Of a stretch of 64,000 nt of DNA, positions 28,475 to 37,804 are shown piece after piece. The translations under genes and the position numbers were made by a program. The stretch's first letter is position 1, and each line of letters begins with the position of its first letter. The stretch is from positions 6,877 to 70,876 of the IMG/VR virus record IMGVR_UViG_3300007735_000783; one strand, written 5' to 3'. Source of the DNA: a virus. Under the pieces are notes generated by a model. That model had not been told where the DNA came from, ran no database searches, and saw nothing but the letters and a program-made list of their open reading frames with translations.

Positions 28475-29341
28475 TTATACTTGTGTTTTTCTTTTTGGCT
28501 TAAGTAAATCCGTCATTTGAGAAATAACTATATCAATGTATTCGGGTTTGACTAAATTTATAATTCTTTTCTTTTCATTTAAAGAAATTTCATAGTCGGT
28601 ATTATTTACTTCTCCTAGTAAATTAAGAGTTCTTGGAGTGCCTGAAGAGTATATCCTTATTCTAGATTCTGTTGTGTCTTCAAATGGAATTCCTCTAGGA
28701 TTCGCCCAAGAACCATCGCTATCCTCAAAATGATGAATTGCTGTAGAATTCGGTTCTACATATCGTATTTTTGTTTCTATACTTACACCATTTGAATTTG
28801 TTATTGTTAGTATGTTTGCATCCGTTGCTGGCACTCCAGTATTTCCAACATCACCGTAAACAATCATTTTACTTAGAGTAGGATCGTATGAAGTTATTAG
28901 CAAATTATTAGTAGTGGTTGATGTGACTACTTTTGCTGTTGTGTTTCCGTTAATTATAGGTTCACTTTTTAGTGTTTCCTGAGATCGTTTTGAGCCAGAT
29001 GCATAATAAAAAATATCGTCTGTATAAACAGCATAACCTGAATATTTTTCTGCAATGTAATTTGTTAAGGCTCTTTCGTTTAGAGGCCAATCAAAATACG
29101 GATCTAAAATTTCATTAAACAGAAGAATTACCCAATGTAAATTGGAGTTGCCGTAAAAATTATGCGCCAAAGTATCTGGTCTATCATTTTCCTTTATTCT
29201 ATAGGGAGCAAATAGTCCCTCTTTTTGTTTAAGATAATTAGAAAATTTAGCACGAACAAGTATGTTTTTTACTTGTTTTACTTCTAGATTTTCACCATCT
29301 AAAACAATAGATGTAACTGGAAATGCGGAAAAATAACTCAT
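28475..29341 (-). CDS. gp53: Baseplate wedge subunit gp53
   Basis: MSYFSAFP; DRPDTLAHNFYGNSNLHWVILLFNEILDPYFDWPL; YEISLNEKKRIINLVKPEY. Confidence 0.9.
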   Translation of the reverse strand: MSYFSAFPVTSIVLDGENLEVKQVKNILVRAKFSNYLKQKEGLFAPYRIKENDRPDTLAHNFYGNSNLHWVILLFNEILDPYFDWPLNERALTNYIAEKYSGYAVYTDDIFYYASGSKRSQETLKSEPIINGNTTAKVVTSTTTNNLLITSYDPTLSKMIVYGDVGNTGVPATDANILTITNSNGVSIETKIRYVEPNSTAIHHFEDSDGSWANPRGIPFEDTTESRIRIYSSGTPRTLNLLGEVNNTDYEISLNEKKRIINLVKPEYIDIVISQMTDLLKPKRKTQV

Positions 29342-29342
29342 T

Positions 29343-30893
29343 TTAGAATCCTTGCTCTATTCTGTCTGCTGTTAGAATTTCTAGTTCTGAGAAGGTTAAA
29401 GACATCTCAATTTTTGTTGGTGCGGCTCCTCCGACAGGTTCTCCTCTATCGGTTTGTGTGGAAACTGGAGCAAATGTGGAAAATGGCTCATCACCGTAAG
29501 TGACATTTATATCAGTTAAAGAGCATCTGCCTATTCTAGGCAAGTATAAATTTTCCATTCCATCGTGATTAAATCTGATTCGGAATTCTGCGGGGAACTC
29601 TACATAACGCCCTGCCAATCCACCTATTCTTTTTGGCAAAGAATATCTTTTGAATAGATTTATTATCTGATAGGTAGTTTCAACTTCTTTTGCGTTTCTT
29701 GGTAAAAATTTAAAAGTAAACTCAAAAGTTCTTCGCTTTGTGGATTTATACATGTTTATGATAAATGGATTAGTAACTTTTCGGCTTACTGCTCTATAAT
29801 AATTCGCAAGATTTAGTTGACCTCCAAGTTCTCCTCCTAAATTTTTTGTTAGTTGGTTCAAGTAGTCTCCACTAGATCTCAATGCTTGTCTACCGAAAGT
29901 TTCCATTGTGGCTCGTATCTGTGCTGAAAGATTTTCATCATTCACACCTCTACTCTTAAACAGATTCGTTAAAGTTTGTGCAGTAACTTTCATAGTATCA
30001 GTAACAACTCCAAGTTTAGTAAAATCTTCTTCCGTATATTCAACGCCATAAGAAGTTTTTAAATTTGATGGCATGTATAAACATATTGTTCTAGGAACTC
30101 TTTGGTTTGCTGTACTCATTCCCGTAGTTTCTTGAACAAACCCAAATTCTCCTGCACCAACTTTATCGCTTCCTTCATAACTGAAGTTATTCCATAAATC
30201 TTTTGCTACTTGTGATCCTATTCCACTTGATGCTAATAATCCTGCACCTAAGCCAAAACTTCCAAGAGTGGCTGCAATTCCTGCTGGACTGTTTATTAAA
30301 TCGGCGGGACCTGATAATAGACTTGCAACTCTTTCTGGATCAAGTCCTACTGTTGAAGACATTTTTTTAATGTCTATTCCGTATATTCTAGGATTTGCAT
30401 CAGATTTGGAATCGGTATTTGTTTTCAAGTTATTTCCGCCAGAAACAAACATCTCAAACGATATCCAATTTTTTAGTTCTGGAGTAAGACCCAAATCATA
30501 TGGATAAGAAAATATCATTTCCTTATCGCTACCTGCCGGTTTAAGTTGATTGGCATCACTAAAATAGCCGCTATCCTGTTGCTGTAATTGTCTAAATCCT
30601 TCTTCTCTGTCTTGTTGTATTTTCTTCTGCTCGTTATCTTGTAAATCTTTTAGAATAGCGTTTGCTTTGGCTTTGTTGGGTGATGGTTTCACCTTCCAAG
30701 TATTGGTGGCAGAATCATAGAAAATGTCTTGATTATCATTTAATAGAGCGGGATCATCCGTTATTATGTCAAAATCTTGACCGTTCTGATAAACAGCATT
30801 GGTATCAGCATCCAAAAGTTTTGGATCTACCTGCTGAAATCCCTTTCTTAATCCTTGAGCCCCGTTAAATGCCCCCTCGCCTAGATCTGGCAT
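29343..30893 (-). CDS. gp48: Baseplate-tail tube cap gp48
   Basis: ICLYMP..YG..Y; NP...Y...RRTFEFTFKFLPRNAKE; P.EF.I; C.LTDINVTY; MSLTFSELEILT...IEQGF. Confidence 0.85.
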   Translation of the reverse strand: MPDLGEGAFNGAQGLRKGFQQVDPKLLDADTNAVYQNGQDFDIITDDPALLNDNQDIFYDSATNTWKVKPSPNKAKANAILKDLQDNEQKKIQQDREEGFRQLQQQDSGYFSDANQLKPAGSDKEMIFSYPYDLGLTPELKNWISFEMFVSGGNNLKTNTDSKSDANPRIYGIDIKKMSSTVGLDPERVASLLSGPADLINSPAGIAATLGSFGLGAGLLASSGIGSQVAKDLWNNFSYEGSDKVGAGEFGFVQETTGMSTANQRVPRTICLYMPSNLKTSYGVEYTEEDFTKLGVVTDTMKVTAQTLTNLFKSRGVNDENLSAQIRATMETFGRQALRSSGDYLNQLTKNLGGELGGQLNLANYYRAVSRKVTNPFIINMYKSTKRRTFEFTFKFLPRNAKEVETTYQIINLFKRYSLPKRIGGLAGRYVEFPAEFRIRFNHDGMENLYLPRIGRCSLTDINVTYGDEPFSTFAPVSTQTDRGEPVGGAAPTKIEMSLTFSELEILTADRIEQGF

Positions 30894-30928
30894 ATAGAAT
30901 ATCCTTTCTATTCTAAGGTGTGTAGAGT

Positions 30929-30935
30929 TATTTAT
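30929..30935 (-). promoter_or_regulatory. Late promoter (ATAAATA) for the baseplate/fibre operon
   Basis: Reverse complement ATAAATA ~36 nt upstream of the gp48 start. Confidence 0.6.
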
Positions 30936-30949
30936 TCAAAAAAATTTAA

Positions 30950-30956
30950 CTAAATA
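30950..30956 (+). promoter_or_regulatory. Late promoter (CTAAATA) for the gp4-gp2 operon
   Basis: Motif back-to-back with the divergent promoter; AGGAGG follows at 30968-30973. Confidence 0.6.
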
Positions 30957-30981
30957 ATATAGATAGTAGGAGGGGTTTAGA

Positions 30982-31440
30982 ATCGGAACTTTTAAAACAT
31001 ATAAGGGGTTTTATAAACCTAAAAGTCCTGAAAAATACAAAGGCGATCCAACAAATTGTGTATATCGTTCCTTGTGGGAACGAAGGTTTATGCAGTATTG
31101 TGATACAAATGACTCTATTATTGCATGGTCTTCCGAGGAAGTGATAGTTCCGTATAGATCTCCGTTAGATGGTAAGATTCACAGGTATTTTGTTGATTTT
31201 TGGATAAAGACGCGGGATTCAGACAATAACGAAAAGTGTATCCTGATAGAAATAAAACCAAAAAATATGACTGAAAAACCTACAATAACAGAAGGCAAAA
31301 AGATGACAAGGGGTGCTATGCTAAAGATGCGGGACTGGATTATCAACAGCACCAAATGGGAAGCGGCTAGAAATTATTGTTTAGATAAAGGTTGGGAATT
31401 CAAGATACTGACGGAAAAGGAAATCTTTGGAAAAGTATAA
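30982..31440 (+). CDS. gp4: Head completion nuclease gp4; start extended upstream of the ORF-track call (probable ATC start)
   Basis: Conserved YKGFYKPKSPEKYKGDPTNCVYRSLWE begins upstream of the TTG at 31072; WSSEE..IPY.SP.DGK.HRYFVDF; EIKP; KWEAA..YC..KGWEFKILTE. Confidence 0.88.
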   Translation: MGTFKTYKGFYKPKSPEKYKGDPTNCVYRSLWERRFMQYCDTNDSIIAWSSEEVIVPYRSPLDGKIHRYFVDFWIKTRDSDNNEKCILIEIKPKNMTEKPTITEGKKMTRGAMLKMRDWIINSTKWEAARNYCLDKGWEFKILTEKEIFGKV

Positions 31441-31452
31441 AGGCGTTCAAAA

Positions 31453-32061
31453 TTGAGTAGAGAACAAGTAAACGCAATAGTAAGAAGATTTAAGTTTGAG
31501 AACTATGATATTGCCGACCGAGAAGCAACCCATTGGTTGGGTAATGCGTTAAAAGAGGTTGGAACGATATACAGAGAGCCTCTCTTAAGAAAAAGTTCCA
31601 ACAAATCAATGGCGGCGGGAAGTATGTACTTCTTTCAATATAATCCTAAACACGCCAGTAATAAGAGTAAACTGCCATTTTACGATCAGTTTCCGTTGAT
31701 AATTGTTTTAAAGTGGGATAAAGGATCGGTTTTAGGATTAAACCTGCACTATCTGAGACACTATAACCGTGCTGTATTTTTAAACTATCTACTAACACAA
31801 ACAAATATAGACGAATGGTATAGGTATCCAGCAGATCCATCTTCAGTATTCATAAAAGCATCGTATGATAAAATAAAGGGGTCAAGCCCGCTTATGAATA
31901 AATTTTTAAGGGCTGCAATAAAAAGATATGATTATACTAGGGTTATTGGCGGGGCGTTGTATATCAAACCTATTGATTGGAAGGTCTTACCATTTTTACC
32001 CCTAGATAGATTTATAGGAAAAACACGAGAAGAAGTTTTTAAATGGGCAGCAGAACAATAA
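31453..32061 (+). CDS. gp2: DNA end protector protein gp2
   Basis: GSMYFFQYNPK...LPFYDQFPLII..GLNLHYL; AIKRY; W..LP..RF. Confidence 0.85.
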   Translation: MSREQVNAIVRRFKFENYDIADREATHWLGNALKEVGTIYREPLLRKSSNKSMAAGSMYFFQYNPKHASNKSKLPFYDQFPLIIVLKWDKGSVLGLNLHYLRHYNRAVFLNYLLTQTNIDEWYRYPADPSSVFIKASYDKIKGSSPLMNKFLRAAIKRYDYTRVIGGALYIKPIDWKVLPFLPLDRFIGKTREEVFKWAAEQ

Positions 32062-32073
32062 AGGAATCTATAA

Positions 32074-33108
32074 ATGGATAATGTCTTTAATCTTAGTTCA
32101 TTTTCTTCATCTTTAGGAAATCCTGGTAGATCGGATAGCCGTTCCTTTCAAGTAGGCGGAAAATCGGCAAAAGACCGAGGTGCGTCTTTTATAGAAGATC
32201 AAGTAAACTTTGGTCGTTCCACAGGATATTTAAGATCTAACAGATATTGTATTCTGTTTCAGGGAGTTCCAAGTTCTCTTGAAATGCAAAGACAGGATAA
32301 TGGATTTTTGTGGGGTTTGGATAACAAAAGACTTTCTTTAAACTGCCTTCAAGCAAGCATACCAGAAAGTTCATTTTCCACATCAGACTTTCGTGTTGTA
32401 GGGCCAAAAAGATCAATTCCTTATTCCCAAGATTTTGGTGATACCAACGCATCGTTTCAATTTAATTGCGGTACTGATCTTTATGAGTACACATTCTTCA
32501 GAGCATGGCAGAGATCAATAATAGATCCAGTATCCCGATATGTTTCATTCTATGACGATTACGCAAAACAATGCTCCATATCAATTATTCCTCTTCCAAA
32601 CTTTGTTTATAATTTTGGTCATGTTCTAGAGTTGTTGGAATCTGGAAGATTATACGGTATAAAAATGACTGAAGTTTATCCAAAAAGTGTAGGGGTAAAT
32701 CAGTTCCAAAATGCTTCTACAAATACTCTAACCGTTTCAAGCGTAAATTTTGCCTATCGTGAACTTATTCCATACGCAAGTTGGGACGATGATACCAAAT
32801 ATGCCATGCATGCCGGTATATCACAAATAATGGATATGACATCTAATAGTGCTAGAGTTTCCGACGATCAACTAAATGGAATTAGAAAAGATTTGACAAA
32901 CGAAGAAAAGCAAAGATTGCAAACTGCTTGGTTGGCAAAGGCTCCTGCTGGTGCAAAGATAGATGGTGGAAGACCGGATTATACAAAGTATTTGAAAAAC
33001 AATCCAAACGATCCTACCTTGCCTCAATACGCAGGAGAGCCGGATCTATTCCTAAACAACCTCATAACATCAGGAATCAATACTTCAGCCTTGTTTAGAG
33101 GCATATAA
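32074..33108 (+). CDS. Tail tube initiator gp54-like (gp19 family paralog)
   Basis: RSNRY; C..ASIP; IPY; FFRAWQ..I; YDDY; EVYPKSV; VNFAYR; position after gp2. Confidence 0.7.
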   Translation: MDNVFNLSSFSSSLGNPGRSDSRSFQVGGKSAKDRGASFIEDQVNFGRSTGYLRSNRYCILFQGVPSSLEMQRQDNGFLWGLDNKRLSLNCLQASIPESSFSTSDFRVVGPKRSIPYSQDFGDTNASFQFNCGTDLYEYTFFRAWQRSIIDPVSRYVSFYDDYAKQCSISIIPLPNFVYNFGHVLELLESGRLYGIKMTEVYPKSVGVNQFQNASTNTLTVSSVNFAYRELIPYASWDDDTKYAMHAGISQIMDMTSNSARVSDDQLNGIRKDLTNEEKQRLQTAWLAKAPAGAKIDGGRPDYTKYLKNNPNDPTLPQYAGEPDLFLNNLITSGINTSALFRGI

Positions 33109-33111
33109 ATA
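33104..33111 (+). promoter_or_regulatory. Late promoter (TATAAATA)
   Basis: Exact T4 late consensus overlapping the upstream stop, ~31 nt before gp26. Confidence 0.65.
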
Positions 33112-33141
33112 AAATTACATTAATGTCAAGGAGACTATAAA

Positions 33142-33849
33142 ATGGCTTTACCTATTGTTGCGACACCAAAATATGAAATAAAGATACCTTCAAGCGGTCA
33201 GGTGATTGAATATAGACCGTTTTTGGTAAAAGAAGAAAAGATTCTTCTTCTTGCTAGTGAAACTAAAGATGAGCGTGAACAAATTCGTGCAATGAAACAA
33301 GCAATAAGAAGTTGCACTTTTGAAAAAATTGATGTTGATAAACTTGCTCCATTTGATATTGAATATCTGTTCTTAAAGTTGCGATCAAAATCTGTTGGTG
33401 AAACTGTTGAGGTTTCCGTTTCTTGCGAAGATGGGTGTAAAGAGACTGTAAAAGTTCCTGTTCGTCTTGATGATGTGGAAGTAAAATTCAATCCACAATT
33501 TACTAATCGCATTCAATTATCTGACAATGTTGGAGTCTTGATGCGATATCCCGCTTACGATGACATGATAAAATTGGCTGAAGCACAAAAGAAAGATGAC
33601 CCCGCCCTAATCATGGAATTTGTGGCAAGTTGTGTGGATGTTATATACGATAAGAGTGAAGTCTACAAGGCTAGTGAATACTCAAATAAAGAAATTGTGG
33701 AATTTTTAGAGCAGTTGTCTCAAATGTCACTAAAGAAAATAATGAATTTCTTTGAGTACATGCCAAGTCTAGAAAAGACAATAACATATAATTGCTGCGG
33801 AAAGGAAAAGGAGGTAACGCTAAAGGGAGCACAAAGTTTTTTTCAGTAA
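33142..33849 (+). CDS. gp26: Baseplate hub assembly protein gp26
   Basis: MALP..TPKYE..IPS..YRPFLVKEEKILLLA; FDIEYLFLKLRSKSVGE; MRYP; FFE.MP. Confidence 0.92.
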   Translation: MALPIVATPKYEIKIPSSGQVIEYRPFLVKEEKILLLASETKDEREQIRAMKQAIRSCTFEKIDVDKLAPFDIEYLFLKLRSKSVGETVEVSVSCEDGCKETVKVPVRLDDVEVKFNPQFTNRIQLSDNVGVLMRYPAYDDMIKLAEAQKKDDPALIMEFVASCVDVIYDKSEVYKASEYSNKEIVEFLEQLSQMSLKKIMNFFEYMPSLEKTITYNCCGKEKEVTLKGAQSFFQ

Positions 33850-33851
33850 GC

Positions 33852-34052
33852 ATGATGCACGATAGTCTTGCAAATATGCTTGAAAGTAACTTTGCTATGA
33901 TTCAACATCATAAGTATTCCTTAAGCGATATTGAGGGGATGATACCGTGGGAGAGAAGAGTTTATATTGAAATGCTTGTTAATCATGTGAGAGAGGAGAA
34001 CGAACGGCAGGGTAATTCAAATCAATTTGATCCTGCTCAATTTAAAGGATAA
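33852..34052 (+). CDS. gp51: Baseplate hub assembly chaperone gp51-like (possibly also or only made as a frameshift extension of gp26)
   Basis: NFAMIQHHKYSLSDIEGMIPWERRVYIEML; reading frame is open back to 33792. Confidence 0.8.
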   Translation: MMHDSLANMLESNFAMIQHHKYSLSDIEGMIPWERRVYIEMLVNHVREENERQGNSNQFDPAQFKG

Positions 34053-34056
34053 GTAG

Positions 34057-36894
34057 ATGGCAGAGTCAGAATTTAATTTAGGTCCTAACTATCCGCCTGG
34101 TGGCGCACCCGAAAATCCAAGGGTGAACAATTCTGCATACGATTCAGAATTGAAAAAGGCGCAGCAGTTACAAACAGATACTTTAAAGTCTCTCAACGAA
34201 ACTATAAAAGGACTTTCTGAACAATATGCCGAACTTACTGCAAATGATCGTAAATTGACTGACGAAGAACTTGCAGCGAGTAAGATGCTGCGAGAAAAAA
34301 TTGATGTTCTATCTCAAATATTAGAGAGTGTAAAAAGTGATGCTTCTAAAGGAGGGCCGCAAGTTCCTCTATCTGCTATAGGCATAAAAGAAAGAACAGA
34401 AACATTTACAAAACTTTCAAAAGTAATAACTGACTTTCAAAGGTCTTCTGCTGATCTTAGAGCGGCTGGTGGTGGAGAAATGGAATTTGACCAATGGTTC
34501 TCTACCTATTTGGAGCAACAAAAACTAGACAACTTAAGTCTATCTCAGCAAGAACACAACAGTTTATTACTTCAAGATGTAAAGAAAATACTTAAAGACT
34601 CCAACACATCCTTATCTTCTTTATCTGAAGATGAGTTGGAAGAATTGGCTAGAAGATCTATAAAATTATCTATTGACCAAAAGCAAATAGAAACAGACTT
34701 ATTGGCACAAAACAGGGATGTCATTAAACTCAATAAAGATGCTAATGCTCAAGATATAAAAAATACAAAGGCTATAGTAGAGTCAAGCAAATTTGATCCA
34801 TCAAAACCTATAATTGAATACGGATTTAAAACAGTAAACAAGCAGATGGCGGAAATTGTGGAGAACACAAAGCCCCGCAGTCTGTTTAAAATTGTTACTG
34901 ATTTAATGGGCCCCTTTGGCAAAATTATATACTTTTTTGCCAAGTTTGTTGTTGCACCACTATTGTTTTCTTTTGGTATCATTACTGGATTTTTATTAGT
35001 TCAATACGGAAAACTTAAAGGATTAGGTGCTTTATTAAGTGGTGAAGTGTTCCTATTATTTTTAGAGGGATTAAAACGATTTAAAAACATCATAGTGTTT
35101 TTGTATAAAGATGTTCCCTTAATAGTTTCTAGTTTTATAAATCAAGTATCTACAAATGCTGCAAAAGCAGTGCAGCCTATAAGAACTATTTCTAGAATAT
35201 TTTCTAACATTGCTAGTGGTAGTGAAACATTCTTTTTCGCTTGGACTCGCATACTAAATTATATACAACTAATACCATATCGTCTTGCTGCATGGTTTGA
35301 AATCTTTAAAAATTTTGAATCCAATATAGGCAAATTAAGTAAGTTTGAAAAGATTTATGTTGTTGTTGGAGACGCACTAATAGGTATAGGAAAAATAATA
35401 GATAAACTGAAACCCACATTTGAAACTATTGGAAAATTTGGCACATCAATCACAAACCTAGCAAGTTATATTGGTAGCATAGTAGGAAAAATATTTTCTC
35501 CAGTTACCCAATTGTTTTCTTCTAATTTAGGAAAAGCGTTGATAGGCTTTGATAAGATGGGTGTTGGATTATCTTCAATGTTTAAGTTTGGTGTTACCAT
35601 AGGTAAATGGCTTGGTGGGGTTACTCCTTGGTTTGTTACCCTTATCACATTATTCGCAGATATTCCTAAATTTTTTAAGGCTTTATTTTATACTGATGCA
35701 TATACCGCCATTAAATCTGTAATGGCTTTAATTGTACAAGTTGCTGGATTAGTTTTGTCTACCCTATTTGGCGGACCTTTAGGTGCAATTGCCGCATCAT
35801 ATGTTCTGAAGTTTGAAAACATAATGAAATGGCTTGATCCTATCTTTGATTTTATTATATACACTGGTGGTATTGTTTTGGGATTATTGTATTCAATCTA
35901 CAAAGATTTTGTACAACCTGCATTTGAAGCAATCGGACAAGTTGCCTTAACTGTATTGAATTTGGGATTTGCTTTATTAAAGCCTATATTTAAATTTGCT
36001 CAGTTTGTATTATTGCTATTAACACCTCTATTTGCTATTGTTGCTTTAGTGTTTAAGGGTGTGGGTTATCTTTTTAAAGGGATATCAATTCTATTCAAAG
36101 CAATAAACAATAATATAGTTGAGCCGTTTATTAAATTTTCAGAATGGTTTATGTTCAAATTTATACAGCCAATTTATGACTGGCTTGCAAGCACTTGGTT
36201 TGGTAGACTTGCTGGCATGGAAACAAAAGAAAAGCGTTTAGCCAGAGAGCGTAAACAAAAGTTAAAGAATCAAACTGCTGAAGGCGAATCTAAAAATAGT
36301 ATTTTTTCCGAAATCAACATTGATACAGAATCTATAGGCAAATCTGTAGATATTGGTATAGGTAAAACAAAAGAGTTTGTAAATTCTGCTGTTGATAAAA
36401 CTGTTGGTGTTGTTGAAAGTACTACAGATTCTTTAAAATTTATTAGTAAAGATTTTTCAGGTTCAATTTATCATTTATCAGACACTTTAAAGACGCAGTT
36501 GACCCCAATCACAAATACAATGATTCATTTGGGCAAGTCTTTAGGTATGCGGGCTACAGAATTTGGTAATGTGGCTTTAGATAAAATGAATACGCCAATG
36601 GTACAAACCGTTTTAACGAATCTCACAACGCCCATTTCAGGCTATTCTACTGCCACTACAATAACTCCATCAAATGCTCCCGCCAACAATCGTATGGCTG
36701 AAGAATATCAATGGATGGCATCTTTACTAGAGAAAGCCTCTGGAGATGAAAAGAATAGAGCCGCCAATAATACTGTTAACAACCAACAAACAACGGTAGT
36801 CAACAATACTAGTGGCGGCTCATCAATGACTATGCCTAGCAACAGCGAAAGAACTGTTAATCAAATTAACAATTCAGTTCGCCCCGCAGGATAA
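34057..36894 (+). CDS. Tape-measure-like protein (gp29 analogue)
   Basis: 945 aa; N-terminal coiled coil, long amphipathic/hydrophobic helical middle, C-terminal NNTVNNQQTTVVNN; follows gp26/gp51. Confidence 0.65.
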   Translation: MAESEFNLGPNYPPGGAPENPRVNNSAYDSELKKAQQLQTDTLKSLNETIKGLSEQYAELTANDRKLTDEELAASKMLREKIDVLSQILESVKSDASKGGPQVPLSAIGIKERTETFTKLSKVITDFQRSSADLRAAGGGEMEFDQWFSTYLEQQKLDNLSLSQQEHNSLLLQDVKKILKDSNTSLSSLSEDELEELARRSIKLSIDQKQIETDLLAQNRDVIKLNKDANAQDIKNTKAIVESSKFDPSKPIIEYGFKTVNKQMAEIVENTKPRSLFKIVTDLMGPFGKIIYFFAKFVVAPLLFSFGIITGFLLVQYGKLKGLGALLSGEVFLLFLEGLKRFKNIIVFLYKDVPLIVSSFINQVSTNAAKAVQPIRTISRIFSNIASGSETFFFAWTRILNYIQLIPYRLAAWFEIFKNFESNIGKLSKFEKIYVVVGDALIGIGKIIDKLKPTFETIGKFGTSITNLASYIGSIVGKIFSPVTQLFSSNLGKALIGFDKMGVGLSSMFKFGVTIGKWLGGVTPWFVTLITLFADIPKFFKALFYTDAYTAIKSVMALIVQVAGLVLSTLFGGPLGAIAASYVLKFENIMKWLDPIFDFIIYTGGIVLGLLYSIYKDFVQPAFEAIGQVALTVLNLGFALLKPIFKFAQFVLLLLTPLFAIVALVFKGVGYLFKGISILFKAINNNIVEPFIKFSEWFMFKFIQPIYDWLASTWFGRLAGMETKEKRLARERKQKLKNQTAEGESKNSIFSEINIDTESIGKSVDIGIGKTKEFVNSAVDKTVGVVESTTDSLKFISKDFSGSIYHLSDTLKTQLTPITNTMIHLGKSLGMRATEFGNVALDKMNTPMVQTVLTNLTTPISGYSTATTITPSNAPANNRMAEEYQWMASLLEKASGDEKNRAANNTVNNQQTTVVNNTSGGSSMTMPSNSERTVNQINNSVRPAG

Positions 36895-37800
36895 TCAATC
36901 CTCTTCAGCCAACTTGCGGAAGTATGACAAGGTATCATCCTCGTCACCTGTTTCCTCTTCCTGTACAGGCTTCTTTGCAGCGGGAGCGTCCTTCTTACGG
37001 AACTTCTCGCTCAAACTCTCACGGATAGGTTCTTCGTCTTCAGCCTTCTTTGCGGACTTGATTTCTGTGGTGAGAACAGTCTCGTACCGCTCCTTCAGTT
37101 CCTCGTAAGACTTAAACTTGTCGGAAGCAACAAACTCCTGCAAGGCATACTGAGACTTCCACAACTTCTCAAGCCATTCATCCTTGCCTTCAAGCAAAGG
37201 ACTCTTGGTGTCAAACTCGCTCTTGTCATAGTTTGCAAAACCACCAACAGTCTGAATCTTCATCTTGAAGTTGCAGCCGTTCCAAAAATCAAACGGGTTG
37301 ATTGGCTCTTCACCAGGAAACTTCGGCTGCATGCAGTCGCTAATCTTGTCAAAGATCTTCTTGCCGTAGCGGAACAGGAACACCTTGGTCTCATTGTCCC
37401 TATTAGCAGGATCGCTGACAACCATGATGTTTGAGATGTACGATAACTTACGCTTGCGGTTACGAGCGATATCCTTGTCGGATTCAATTCCGCTGTTCCA
37501 CAGTTCGTTGTTTGCTTCGCACACAGGGCACTTCTTGCCTACAGTAGTGGGGCAGTTCTCAATGAACCATCCACCCTTGCCTTGGAACCCGTGATTAAAC
37601 ACGCGAACCCAAGGAACTTCTTCGCCAGCACAAGCAGGCAGGAAACGGATGATAGCAAAACCGTTGCCGTCCTTGCCACGCTCGGTGCTCCAAAAGCGGT
37701 CGTCCTTATATGACTTACTTTCCGTCGTCTTTTCCAATTCCTTGGCGAGAGCCGAGACGGAGTTCTTGCTCATCTTCTTTAGGTCTGAAAATCCAGCCAT
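36895..37800 (-). CDS. gp32: Single-stranded DNA-binding protein gp32
   Basis: DDRFW..GNGFAIIRFLPA; HGFQG.GGWFIENCPTT.GK.CPVCE; GKKIFDKI; NPFDFWNG.NFK; NYDKSEF; acidic tail DTLSYFRKLAEED. Confidence 0.95.
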   Translation of the reverse strand: MAGFSDLKKMSKNSVSALAKELEKTTESKSYKDDRFWSTERGKDGNGFAIIRFLPACAGEEVPWVRVFNHGFQGKGGWFIENCPTTVGKKCPVCEANNELWNSGIESDKDIARNRKRKLSYISNIMVVSDPANRDNETKVFLFRYGKKIFDKISDCMQPKFPGEEPINPFDFWNGCNFKMKIQTVGGFANYDKSEFDTKSPLLEGKDEWLEKLWKSQYALQEFVASDKFKSYEELKERYETVLTTEIKSAKKAEDEEPIRESLSEKFRKKDAPAAKKPVQEEETGDEDDTLSYFRKLAEED

Positions 37801-37804
37801 TGTA

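Noticed and set aside
30982-31440. TnsA-like nuclease as evidence of a transposon
   Set aside because: Sequence and position next to gp2 identify it as head completion protein gp4, which shares that fold
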